Source: Octopus bimaculoides
Taxonomy: Eukaryota
Assembly: GCF_001194135.2 (NCBI RefSeq)
Contig: NC_069003.1
Span: 11,867,909-11,931,908, forward strand
Direction of reading: 5' to 3'
DNA length: 64,000 nt
Shown here: one piece after another, positions 51,374 to 63,354 of the stretch
Layout of the letters: every line of letters begins with the position of its first letter
Numbering within the stretch: position 1 is the stretch's first letter
The notes under the pieces: generated by a model
What the model saw: only the letters and a program-made list of their open reading frames with translations
What the model was told of the DNA's origin: nothing
The model's database searches: none
Position numbers and translations under genes: made by a program

Positions 51374-51589
51374 CCCTTTAGCATTCAGGTTACTCTCTCA
51401 AATGTGATACTTATTCTCATTATTTTGAATTACTCAGGCATTGTCTTGCACCTTTAAGATTTCTGTGATGTGATTGTATATTTTTAGAATGACATTGTAG
51501 GGTAAGTATGCAATATCAGATCTGGCCATCTTGACCATAAAACAGGTAGGATATTTGGGCCTGATATGGCTGGTTTAAATGCTAAAGGG
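51374..51589. mobile_element. piggyBac-type MITE (same family as 62223-62442), inserted at an RTE-type (CAT)n tail
   Basis: TTAA|CCCTTTAGCATTC...AATGCTAAAGGG|TTAA. Confidence 0.8.
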
Positions 51590-52473
51590 TTAATGTCTGT
51601 TTTCCATACTGGCACGGGTTGGATGGTTTGACAGGATCCAGCAAACTGCCGGGCTGCATTGGGCATGGTTTCTATAACTGGATGTCCTTCCTAACACCAA
51701 CCACTTTCCACAGCGTACTGGGTGCTTTTGTTATGTCACTTGCGCTTGTGAGGTCACCAAGTAACATTCAAGACAGGAACAGAAAAGAAAGAGCTAAGGT
51801 GGACTGTACTACCCCCTTAGCGGGTAGTGGAAGAATTCAGTGGTGTGTTGAAGAAAAGTGGGGCAATAAGGGGGTGGCCATAAGGGGGCTACCAATATAA
51901 AAATTCCAAAACAATGAGTTAATTAGGTTAAGTTTTATATGTGAAATACAGTTGTTTGGGATTTACTAAAAAAAGCAGTCTATGTTTGTGGTGATGAATT
52001 GAATGGGGGCACAAGGGATGTGGCATGGGTGCCAAGTGGGTGACAGCCCCAAAAAGTTTGGGAACCACTGGGCTAATGTAAAATAGAGGGACAAGCACAG
52101 GCATCTTGCTATACAAAAAATATATGGCAACTTCACATAATATATGGGTGAATGAGAGTAGCTGGATAGAAGATAAAGATGATAGTGATGGGGTGTCACA
52201 AGAAGGTGAGGATGAAAGAATATGGACTGTGGATCAGGTGGGATGGGGAGAGGGTGTGTTTCATAAAAGTGTGAGGGAAGAGTAACAGATGCTTGGAGAA
52301 GAATCTCGTGAATGATGAACAAGGTTGGTGGTGTGGTTGAAGGGAAATGAAGTAAGATGAGAGAGATAGAAGTGGCTCAATGCAGTGGATAGATCAGAAG
52401 GTAGAGGGATGGTGTGCAAGTTGTAGGGGAAAAAAATGGGGCAGTAGTTAACCCTTTAATGTTTAAGTTGCTC

Positions 52474-52665
52474 ATTGGTCGTTTCAAATAACGGTCATGG
52501 ATGCGTAATGCACAGACCAAATAAATTTAATATAGATTCATCCTATTTGAGCCCATTTTTCTATTTAAGGTTTTCTTCGATATATTTTTTTAATAGGATG
52601 AATCTATATTAAATTTATTTGGTCTGTGCATTACGCATCCATGACCGTTATTTGAAACAACCAAT
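52474..52665. repeat. Near-perfect 74-bp inverted repeat with 44-bp spacer (MITE-like hairpin)
   Basis: Arms 52474-52547 and 52592-52665 pair with one mismatch. No TSD identified. Confidence 0.9.
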
Positions 52666-52735
52666 CAAACGAATCCATGTGTTTTAAATTTTATATTACT
52701 TTCAATTGCATTGTTATTCTTTCTCCATTTCTAAC

Positions 52736-52781
52736 AAAACTGTCCGATGAACGGGAACGTGAAACTCAGAGTAACAGTTTT
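52736..52781 (+). ncRNA. Minimal type-I hammerhead ribozyme-like motif (U4C core variant)
   Basis: Stem I AAAACTGT (52736-43) / ACAGTTTT (52774-81); core CCGATGA; stem II ACG-GGAA-CGT; GAAA; palindromic stem III ACTC-A-GAGT; GUA cleavage triplet. Confidence 0.7.
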
Positions 52782-53851
52782 TTTGTTATATTTCTGCTGC
52801 TTTTAAATNNNNNNNNNNNNNNNNNNNNNNNNNNNNNNNNNNNNNNNNNNNNNNNNNNNNNNNNNNNNNNNNNNNNNNNNNNNNNNNNNNNNNNNNNNNN
52901 NNNNNNNNNNNNNNNNNNNNNNNNNNNNNNNNNNNNNNNNNNNNNNNNNNNNNNNNNNNNNNNNNNNNNNNNNNNNNNNNNNNNNNNNNNNNNNNNNNNN
53001 NNNNNNNNNNNNNNNNNNNNNNNNNNNNNNNNNNNNNNNNNNNNNNNNNNNNNNNNNNNNNNNNNNNNNNNNNNNNNNNNNNNNNNNNNNNNNNNNNNNN
53101 NNNNNNNNNNNNNNNNNNNNNNNNNNNNNNNNNNNNNNNNNNNNNNNNNNNNNNNNNNNNNNNNNNNNNNNNNNNNNNNNNNNNNNNNNNNNNNNNNNNN
53201 NNNNNNNNNNNNNNNNNNNNNNNNNNNNNNNNNNNNNNNNNNNNNNNNNNNNNNNNNNNNNNNNNNNNNNNNNNNNNNNNNNNNNNNNNNNNNNNNNNNN
53301 NNNNNNNNNNNNNNNNNNNNNNNNNNNNNNNNNNNNNNNNNNNNNNNNNNNNNNNNNNNNNNNNNNNNNNNNNNNNNNNNNNNNNNNNNNNNNNNNNNNN
53401 NNNNNNNNNNNNNNNNNNNNNNNNNNNNNNNNNNNNNNNNNNNNNNNNNNNNNNNNNNNNNNNNNNNNNNNNNNNNNNNNNNNNNNNNNNNNNNNNNNNN
53501 NNNNNNNNNNNNNNNNNNNNNNNNNNNNNNNNNNNNNNNNNNNNNNNNNNNNNNNNNNNNNNNNNNNNNNNNNNNNNNNNNNNNNNNNNNNNNNNNNNNN
53601 NNNNNNNNNNNNNNNNNNNNNNNNNNNNNNNNNNNNNNNNNNNNNNNNNNNNNNNNNNNNNNNNNNNNNNNNNNNACAAAAAGAAAAAAAAATTAGAATT
53701 TTTGCATTGAGTAAAATAAGTTATATCAAGATGATTTGATCCACTTGCAAAGTTTAGTTTCCCTTTTTTCATTCTGATATTACCTGGACAACATACTATT
53801 TCCAGTGCACTACTATACTATTGACATGGCACTGGTACCATTATAGGTGTC

Positions 53852-53926
53852 TTAATTGTTAGATTTGTGTGTTCCTTTTACTTCTTCTTTAGTTAAGGAG
53901 TTGTTGTCAGCATCAATCATGATTAT
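53852..53926 (-). CDS. Unidentified protein, terminal coding exon
   Basis: Acceptor ttttcattttcag|ATA, phase 0. Encodes IIMIDADNNSLTKEEVKGTHKSNN followed by TAA at 53854-53852. Confidence 0.72.
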   Translation of the reverse strand: MIMIDADNNSLTKEEVKGTHKSNN

Positions 53927-54134
53927 CTGAAAATGAAAAATATTAAAATTCAATAATATATGCAAAAAAAAAAGGGCAAGACTATGATTGTTAAATTGAA
54001 TTAAATTAAGACGAGTTAGTATTAACAGGGTAGAATGCAAATTGTAGATGAACATAATGATGCAAAAATTAAAGGTGAGGAAACAAGCTCGGAAGTGAGT
54101 AATTGCCAAGGCAATTGTTTGAGAAGCAGCACAA

Positions 54135-54449
54135 GGGCCAGTGGCTGTGTGGTAAGTAACTTGCTTACCAACCACATGGTTCTGGGTTCAGTCCCACTGC
54201 GTGGCATCTTGGGCAAGTGTCTTCTACTATAGCCTCGGACCGACCAAAGTGGATTTGGTAGACGGAAACTGAAAGAAGCCCGTCGTATATATATATATGT
54301 ATGTGTGTGTATATGTTTGTCCCCCTAGCATTGCTTGACAACTGATGCTGGTGTGTTTATGTCCCCGTCACTTAGTGGTTCGGCAAAAGAGACCGATAGA
54401 ATAAGTACTAGGCTTACAAAGAATAAGTTCTGGGGTCGATTTGCTCAAC
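54135..54449 (+). mobile_element. SINE family A in the last intron of the unidentified gene
   Basis: Head GGCTGTGTGGTAAGTAACTTGCTTACC; core as in other copies; ends at the gap. Confidence 0.88.
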
Positions 54450-54704
54450 NNNNNNNNNNNNNNNNNNNNNNNNNNNNNNNNNNNNNNNNNNNNNNNNNNN
54501 NNNNNNNNNNNNNNNNNNNNNNNNNNNNNNNNNNNNNNNNNNNNNNNNNNNNNNNNNNNNNNNNNNNNNNNNNNNNNNNNNNNNNNNNNNNNNNNNNNNN
54601 NNNNNNNNNNNNNNNNNNNNNNNNNNNNNNNNNNNNNNNNNNNNNNNNNNNNNNNNNNNNNNNNNNNNNNNNNNNNNNNNNNNNNNNNAGAAAAATGTTA
54701 GAAA

Positions 54705-54744
54705 ACTGTCCGATGAATGGGAACGTAAAACTCCGAGTAACAGT
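54705..54744 (+). ncRNA. Second copy of the same hammerhead-like motif, probably inactivated (G12A)
   Basis: ACTGT-CCGATGA-ATGGGAACGT-AAAA-CTCCGAGTA-ACAGT. Same flanking repeat (gttatatttctgctgctt) as the 52736 copy, but GAAA reads AAAA. Confidence 0.55.
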
Positions 54745-54858
54745 CTTTTGTTATATTTCTGCTGCTTTAAATAAAGCATATTACTCTACATCTGGTATTT
54801 GAGTACTCTTTTTTCCACCCTGTTGCACATTTTATGTGCTTACTCCGGTATATTTATA

Positions 54859-55502
54859 TGAGGGGAAGTCAAAAATTATCTGCACTTTCACCATAACATA
54901 TCTTTATTATTGTCACACTGCCTTCTGCACATGTGTGCTTATAGTTGGTACTATCGTGGTCACATGATCAAAGTTTGAACCTGATCTTGCCATTTTTCTT
55001 TCGGGTTTTACAGTGTAAACGTGGCCACTTCACTAGGAATGTGCATCAAAGAAGAGCAAAGAGCAGCGATCTGATTTCTCTGGTCGAAAGGTGTGTCAGG
55101 TGCTGAAATTCATTGGAGGCTTTTAGCACAATACGGGGTCAGTGCACTACTGCATAGGGGTGTATATGAAGGGACCGAGAAGTTTAAAAGAGGCTGGACA
55201 GGCGTGATGCACGAAGAGGGGGTAGGACAGCTGTCAAACTCCATTACTGGCAAGAAGATTCAGCATGCCTGATAGATGGTAATGGTGAACCGGTTCACCA
55301 TTACCATCACTTGGATCATTGTTCTTGTTCTTCTTTGGTGCACATTGCTGTAAAGCCAGAAAGAAAAATGGCACGATCAGGCTCAAACTTCTATCATGTG
55401 ACCACAATTGTACCAACTATAAGCACATGTGCACAGAAGGCAGTGTGACAATAATAAAGATATGTTATGGTGAAAATGCAGATAATTTTTGACTTACCCT
55501 CA
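54859..55502 (+). mobile_element. Mariner-derived foldback element with 155-bp inverted arms
   Basis: Arms 54859-55013 and 55348-55502, roughly 90% identical by eye. Between them lies a decayed transposase N-terminus (KEEQRAAI*FLWSKGVSGAEIHWRLLAQYG...EKFKRG). Confidence 0.85.
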
Positions 55503-55550
<48 letters not shown>

Positions 55551-57017
55551 NNNNNNNNNNNNNNNNNNNNNNNNNNNNNNNNNNNNNNNNNNNNNNNNNN
55601 NNNNNNNNNNNNNNNNNNNNNNNNNNNNNNNNNNNNNNNNNNNNNNNNNNNNNNNNNNNNNNNNNNNNNNNNNNNNNNNNNNNNNNNNNNNNNNNNNNNN
55701 NNNNNNNNNNNNNNNNNNNNNNNNNNNNNNNNNNNNNNNNNNNNNNNNNNNNNNNNNNNNNNNNNNNNNNNNNNNNNNNNNNNNNNNNNNNNNNNNNNNN
55801 NNNNNNNNNNNNNNNNNNNNNNNNNNNNNNNNNNNNNNNNNNNNNNNNNNNNNNNNNNNNNNNNNNNNNNNNNNNNNNNNNNNNNNNNNNNNNNNNNNNN
55901 NNNNNNNNNNNNNNNNNNNNNNNNNNNNNNNNNNNNNNNNNNNNNNNNNNNNNNNNNNNNNNNNNNNNNNNNNNNNNNNNNNNNNNNNNNNNNNNNNNNN
56001 NNNNNNNNNNNNNNNNNNNNNNNNNNNNNNNNNNNNNNNNNNNNNNNNNNNNNNNNNNNNNNNNNNNNNNNNNNNNNNNNNNNNNNNNNNNNNNNNNNNN
56101 NNNNNNNNNNNNNNNNNNNNNNNNNNNNNNNNNNNNNNNNNNNNNNNNNNNNNNNNNNNNNNNNNNNNNNNNNNNNNNNNNNNNNNNNNNNNNNNNNNNN
56201 NNNNNNNNNNNNNNNNNNNNNNNNNNNNNNNNNNNNNNNNNNNNNNNNNNNNNNNNNNNNNNNNNNNNNNNNNNNNNNNNNNNNNNNNNNNNNNNNNNNN
56301 NNNNNNNNNNNNNNNNNNNNNNNNNNNNNNNNNNNNNNNNNNNNNNNNNNNNNNNNNNNNNNNNNNNNNNNNNCCCCACCCCATGTGTCTCCTCCTATCC
56401 TGGACACTAAAACAAGAGCAATAATAAAGCTGAAGTGAAGAACAAGTATATAATGTGTGTAGTCATTTGGTAAAAAAAAAAAAAAATACCACCCTGAAAC
56501 ATAACAATATATATATATATAGCAATAAGAAAATGGAAGGGAATAGGTGGTATTCATCAACTTGCAGACATTGTATTATGTCAATTTACCTGTTTATTTT
56601 TCAACTAAGAGGACAACAAAAACAATATACAGACACATGAGACATATTATGCCATATTAGTAATTAAAAAAGGACATAATATGTCGCATGTGTTTGTATA
56701 TTGTTATTATTGTCCTCTTAGTTAACAAATTAACAGGTAAATTGACAGAATACAATGTCTGCAAGTTGATGAATACCACATATTCCCCTCCATTTTCTTA
56801 TTGCTATATAAATTAAGGGTAAAATATCCTTTTACCCGCACCCATTTATTGCACTTGGTAATATGAAGGAAAAACACTAGTGTAATAATAATTGGATATT
56901 CTTCCGACAGTATATTGGATAGATATTATCCCTTGGTGTTTTGGATTCACAGCCCCTAACTTTCTTGGAGTTATATATATATAGTTTTACTAAGTGTCAT
57001 AACTTTCTTGTGCTTAC

Positions 57018-57194
57018 CTGTTGGTCTCCATATTTAAATGGGACTGTGAAAGCACCTTTAGTAAAAATGCTTTCCAGTTCGTCCACAGCTTTCTTCAAGC
57101 TTATTTGCTTCTTTGTAAGGGCACCACTATTAGGAACTGTTACCACGTCATGAATCTCAAATGATGCTGAGATTTTATTTTTTACAAACTCAAC
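57018..57194 (-). CDS. Unidentified protein, penultimate coding exon
   Basis: Acceptor ttttgcag|GTT, donor CAG|GTAAGC. 177 nt, open: VEFVKNKISASFEIHDVVTVPNSGALTKKQISLKKAVDELESIFTKGAFTVPFKYGDQQ. Confidence 0.82.
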
Positions 57195-57406
57195 CTGCAA
57201 AATTGTTCAAGAATATATATATATGGTTAAAAATCATGACATCAAAAAAATTTACATCAGGAAATGGTAGTTTTATATTGTAAAAGTGAATTCATGCAAA
57301 CACACCAACATCAGTTGTCAAGTGGTGGTGGGGAGACAAACACAGACACACTCATACATAGATATATATATTGTTCATTGTATATTCTGTTTTCTTTAAA
57401 CTATTA

Positions 57407-57514
<108 letters not shown>

Positions 57515-58869
57515 AATGGCCTCTTTCAGTTTCTGTCTACCAAACCCACTCACAAGGCTTTGGTCGGCCTGAGGCTATAGTAGAAGACACTTGCCCAAGG
57601 TGCCATGCAGTGGGACTGAACTTGGAACCATGTGGTTGGTAAGCAAGCTACTTGCCACACAGCCACTCCTGTAGAAGTTTTAATGGGAATGTTCCATCAA
57701 TATTCCTTATGTTGATGTTTATGTATTCAATAATAGGGGTGTTCTTTTTATTTATCCCTGGACAGTCTTTTTCTTTTTAGATGACATTACTCTTTTACTT
57801 GTTTCAGTCATTTGACTGCGGCCATGCTGGAGCACCACCTTTAGTTGAGCAAATCGACCCCAGGACTTATTCTTTATAAACCTAGTACTTATTCTATCGG
57901 TCTCTTTTGTCGAACCGCTAAGTTATGGAGACGTAAACACACCAGCATCGGTTGTCAAGCGACGTTGGAGGGACAAACACAGTCACACACACATACATAT
58001 ATACGATGAGCTTCTTTCAGTTTCCGTCTACCAAATCCACTCACAAGGCTTTGGTCGGCTTGAGGCTACAGTAGAAGACACTTGCCCAAAGTGCCAAGCT
58101 GCTTACCACACAGCCACTCCTGTAGAAGTTTTGATGGGAATGTTCCATCAATATTCCTTATGTTGATGTTTATGTATTCAATAATAGGGGTGCTCTTTTT
58201 ATTTATCCCTGGACAGTCTTTCTCTTTTTAGATGATATTATATATTTTTGTAGTGACATCTCGTTACATTGGGAGACCACTACTTGCAAATGGCTCACTG
58301 TTTAAGTCCTGCTCCTTATTGCTTTAACCCCTTTTTTACCATATTTCTCTTTATTTCAATTAATTTTGAAGATAATGAAGAATTCATTGAAATATCTTGG
58401 TCATTACTAAAGGTAGGAATTGGGACAAAGTAACATGGAATCTTAATGAAAAATATTTAGTTAGATCACCTTAAAATGGGAAGTTTGTTTCATAGAAGCA
58501 AAGGCAGTCTTGGGCAGGTTGGTATCAAAAGGGTTAACACAAAAAATTAACAGGGTTTGTAGATTTAAACTTAGGTCTGTCATGAGTCTTAGAACTTGTA
58601 AGGCTAGAGCTTCGCTTGGTTTCCATGGTGTGTAAGTAACTGAGATTACAACACTAACCACCCCCACTCCTGAACAGGACTTGGGTCTGTTGCAGGGTTA
58701 ACTTTTCAACTATTACTGGAGCCCATTTATGTCTGAGTGCAGGGTCAATTCATTCGACTAAAAATGTTTCAAGCCGGTGTCCCAGCATGGCCACGGTCTA
58801 ACAACTGCAACAAGTAAAAGATAAAAGATGAGTATAGGAAAGTATGTATAAAGATGTATGTATTTATAG

Positions 58870-59017
58870 CAGAAGCTTGTGGTAAGATGCTTGCTTCCCA
58901 ACCATATGGTTGCAGGTTCAGTTCTACTGTGTGACACTTTGGGTAAGTGTCTTTTACTCACAAGGCCAACCAAAGCCTTGTGAGAGGATTTGGTAGACAG
59001 AAACTGAAAGAAGCTTG

Positions 59018-59080
<63 letters not shown>

Positions 59081-59315
59081 TATATGTATATGTGTGTATT
59101 TGTGTCTGTGTTTGTCCCCTCCACCTCCACCACTTGACAACTGGTGCTAGTGTTTATGTCCCTGTAACTTAGCAGTTTGGCAAAAGAGAACTGATAGAAT
59201 AAGTACCAGGCTTTAAAACAAAAGTACTGGGGTTGATTCATTTGACAAAATATTGTTCAAGGTGGTGCCCCAGTATGGTCGCAGTCTAATGGTTGAAACA
59301 AGTAAAAATAAAAGA
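58870..59315 (+). mobile_element. SINE family A
   Basis: Head, core, central (TA)n(CA)n and tail are present. Confidence 0.85.
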
Positions 59316-60629
59316 TATATGTCATGTTTATGTATATTAACTATTTAATATATGTGTGGTGTATAACATTTTAATATATTTTGTAAATAGAATTATAAGC
59401 CTTCACTTTATGTTGGCTTAGAACTCTGTTTACAAAATTTCAATTACCACTGTTTCCTAATACACCACATTTTAATATGTATTTATAACATGCTAATAAT
59501 GTATGTGTTTAATATTTTAATAGTGTATATAGGTATATAATCATCATCATCATCATCATTTAATGTCTGCTTTCCATGGGTTGGACGATTTGACTGAGGA
59601 CTGGTGAACCAGATGGCTACACCAGGCTCCAGTCTGATCTGGCAGAGTTTCTACAGCTGGATGCCTTTCCTAACGCCAACCACTCCGAGAGTGTAGTGGG
59701 TGCTTTTACGTGCCACCGGCACGAAGGCCAGTCAGGCGGTACTTGCAATGGCCACGCTCAAAATGGTGTATTTTACTTGCCACCTGCACAGAAGCCAGTC
59801 CGGGGGCACTGGCAACGATCTTGCTCGAATATCTTACACGTGCCACCAGCACAAGTGCCAGGAAAGCGACGCTGGGCACAGGTGCCATCCCGATTTCGCT
59901 TTCACTTGCCCCAACAGGTCTTCGCAAGCCAAGTTTCATGTCCAATGAAGGAGACGACGTTGGCATGGGTGCCAGTCATCGAATTTAATTCGATTTCGAT
60001 TTCACTTGCCTCAACAGGTCTTTGCAATGTTAATATTAATATGAATATAATATCTAAGAGGTGAGCTGGCAGAATCCTTAACACACCAGGTAAATTGCTT
60101 AGTGGTATTTTGTCCGGCTTTATAGTGTGAATTCGGATTCTCCTGAGGTCAGCTTTGCCTTTCTTCCTTTCGGGGTCGCTGGAGTAGATACCAGTTGAGC
60201 ACTGGGGGTTGATGTGACTGACTTGGCCTCTTCCCTGAAATTGCTGGCCTTGTGCCATAATTTGAAATTAATATGTATATATGTATGTGTTACTGCATGT
60301 GTGTGTGTAGCATGTGCTTGTATGTATGTATATATAACATGTTTATAATATGCAGTATGCATATGTCTAACATGTTTCCATTTATTTTGTTTACACAGCA
60401 ACACTACTGCTATGACTACCAAATAAAAAAAAACCTCCCACTAAGCTGGTGGTATAATGATGATGACCTTTGACCATGATAAAAGCAGTAAAATAAATAT
60501 AATTGACAGGACTATTTTCTCTGACCCTTTTGAATGTCAGTTTCAACTGACTGGCTGATGGTAATAGAATGTAATGTAATTATTCTATGTTATAAGTACT
60601 CAACAACAATGATAATAATAATAATAATA

Positions 60630-62650
60630 TTACTATAGGCAGAAGGCCGGAAACTTTGTGGGAGGAAACTAGTTGATTACATTGACCCCAGTGTTTCACT
60701 GGTATTTAATTTATTGACCCTGAAAGGATGAAAGGCAAAGTCAACCTCGGCAGAATTTGAACTCAGGCATAGCAGCAGATGAAATACAGATAAGCATTTT
60801 GTTTGGCGCTCTGATGCAATACCAAGCACTGGCTCTCATGGCTTCTGATCTTAACTTGTTGGAAATGTTATCATGTACATGTTTTGTCTTGGTAAAAAAG
60901 ATGGGCTACAGCAAATATTCTGTTCAGTATCACAAATTTGCTTGTCAGCTGTTTGACCGTAACCAGTTGAACATGTCCCTTGGTGGCTGATGGTATGCGA
61001 ATCTCTGATCACGAGCAGAAGTAATGGGGGAGCATTATAGCTGTATGTTGAGAGGAATTCTTCGGGGTTTGAATAATTGACTTCTGGAAACATGGGTGTT
61101 TCATTCGACATCCTTAAGCAACTCTTGTTCAGGGACCTTTTGAATGGTTTGGGCCACTCGACCTGAAGAAAATTCTAAGTCCCACCTGCAAGGTCATGCA
61201 TTATTTATCTTGATATGAAATCACGAAATCACCATGTCATGCACATATGGTTGTGATGTATATGCCTGGTGTACCCTTATCAGGCCCTTATCATGATGGG
61301 TATATTGGGCTTCGTATATTTGATCCCAGTGTCACATTGATGGCATGCGCTGCTCTCTCTCACTCAATAATAATAATCCTTTCTACTATAGGCACAAGGC
61401 TAGAAATTTTTTGTAGGGGTGGGGCTTAGTTGATTACTTGACCTCAATGCACAACTGCTACTTATTTTATTGACCCTGAAAGGTAAAGTTGACCTCTGCA
61501 GCATTTGAACTCAGATCATAAACAGCTAAAAGGAGAATGTCACTAAGCAATTTTTTGACATGCTAATGGTCCTGCAAGCTTGCCACCTTGATAATAATAA
61601 CAATAACAATAATTTCAAATTTTGGCACAAAGTCAGCAAGTTAGGGAGAGCGAGTTAGTTGATTACATGAATCCCCGGTATTCAGCTGATACTTATTTTA
61701 TCAACCCTGAAAGGAAGAATGGCAAAGCTGACCTCGGCAGAATTTGAACTCAGAACATAAAGACAGACAAAACGCCACTAAGCATATTGTCTGGCATGCT
61801 AACGATTCTGCTAGCTTGCTGCCTTCTAAATAGTAATAACAATTCTTTCTAATTTTGGCACAAGGCCAGCAATTAAGGGGAGGGTTTTAGTCAATTACAA
61901 GTTATCCCAGTTCTCAACTGGTACTTATTTTATCAACCCTGAAAGGACGAAAGACAAAGTTTGCCTCAGCAGAATTTCAACTCAAACTATAAAGAGCCAG
62001 AAGAAATGCCATTAAATATTTTGTCTGATATCCTAACGCTTCTCCAAGCTTGTCACCTTAACAACAATAACAGCAGTAGCAACAACAACAATAATAATCC
62101 TACAAGGCCAGCAACTTTAAGCAGAAAGGGTCAGTTGGTTACCTCATCCCCAATACTTGATTGGGATTTAATTTATTGACCCCAAAGAGATGAAAAGAAA
62201 AGTTGACCTTGGTTAGATTTAACCCTTTAGTGTTCAGATTACCCTGTTAAAAGTAATACCTTTTCACTCAAATTGTTTTGAATTATTCCTGCATTATCTT
62301 ATAGCTTCGAGGTTTCAATGATGTGATTGTTTATTTTTAGAATGTCAATGTAGGTTAGGTGTGAGAGGCTAGATATCGCCAGTTTGAATATAAAACATGT
62401 AGAATACCTGGGCCAGATATGGCTGGTTTAAACATTAAAGGGTTAAACTCAGAATGTAAAAAGCCAGACAGAAGAAATGCTGGTAAGCATTTTGTCTGGC
62501 ACAGCAAAGATTCTGCTAGCTTGTTGCCATTTTAATAATCCTTTCAAATTTTGGTGCAAAGCTGGCAGTTTTAGTGGGAGTCTGGTTAATTGATTACATC
62601 GACCCCAGCGCTTTATTGACCACAAAGGGATGAAAAGTAAATTTGACTTC
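60630..62650 (-). mobile_element. Cluster of about six head-to-tail copies of tRNA-derived SINE family D
   Basis: Repeated units GCACAAGGCC...GACCCC...GAAAGG...GACCTCGGCAGAATTTGAACTCAG...AAGCATT, separated by (AAT/AAC)n. Approximate copies: 60630-60810, 61385-61590, 61612-61828, 61848-62060, 62100-62535 (split), 62545-62650. Plus-strand copies lie at ~26865-27075, 39345-39565 and 60055-60260. Confidence 0.85.
62223..62442. mobile_element. piggyBac-type MITE inserted in a SINE
   Basis: TTAA|CCCTTTAG...TAAAGGG|TTAA; the interrupted SINE resumes on both sides. Confidence 0.8.
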
Positions 62651-62787
62651 AGAAACAATGAAGATACATACATGAAAGAATGAATGAACTCATACAAACT
62701 TGAGAAAATGGATGTAAAAATTATGATTAAAAATAATAATTAGTAACTGATGCATAAATTAAGAATGACTTAAAAAAAAAAACTCAC

Positions 62788-62897
62788 ATTTATTTGGTTG
62801 ATTCTCATAGGAGAAATCTGTATATTATCAATAATTGCGTTGACAATCCCTCGTTTAAAACTTTTCAGGTGCCTTTCAATTAATTGGGTGTGTTTGA
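62788..62897 (-). CDS. Unidentified protein, internal coding exon (not in the ORF track)
   Basis: Acceptor tttttcttcaag|TC, donor AAT|GTGAGT. 110 nt = 2 nt + 36 codons: KHTQLIERHLKSFKRGIVNAIIDNIQISPMRINQIN. Its phase-0 end joins in frame to exon 57018-57194. Confidence 0.75.
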
Positions 62898-63354
62898 CTT
62901 GAAGAAAAATACATTAAAACATGGAGATTATGCACAATTTTCATGAAGGTTTTTAGAAGGTGAAAGCAGGTTTGTCTTGACTATTAGACTTGGGTTTCTG
63001 TACATATTTGGATTTAGAGAAGAAATATGAACTGCTCTGCTTGCTTGATACCACTGATCTTAGTAGGAACTCTTTAACTGAATTAATGTTAACCCAACTC
63101 TGGTTTTATTTTATATATATATATATATACATCAGTCAGTAAATGGTGGAGTTGTGTTAACCGCACGTGGAGAAATAATAGGAAAATAAAAAATAATAAT
63201 AATAATAATAAGGCAGAATGCTAAACTGAAACCATATTTTAATATAGATGTGCATAAGGAGGATTAAAAAGGATTTCTAACCATCTTTCATTGCATGGCA
63301 AATTTTCAAGAAGAGGGGAAATGAAAATAATGTTTTTTACAAAAATATTTTAAA

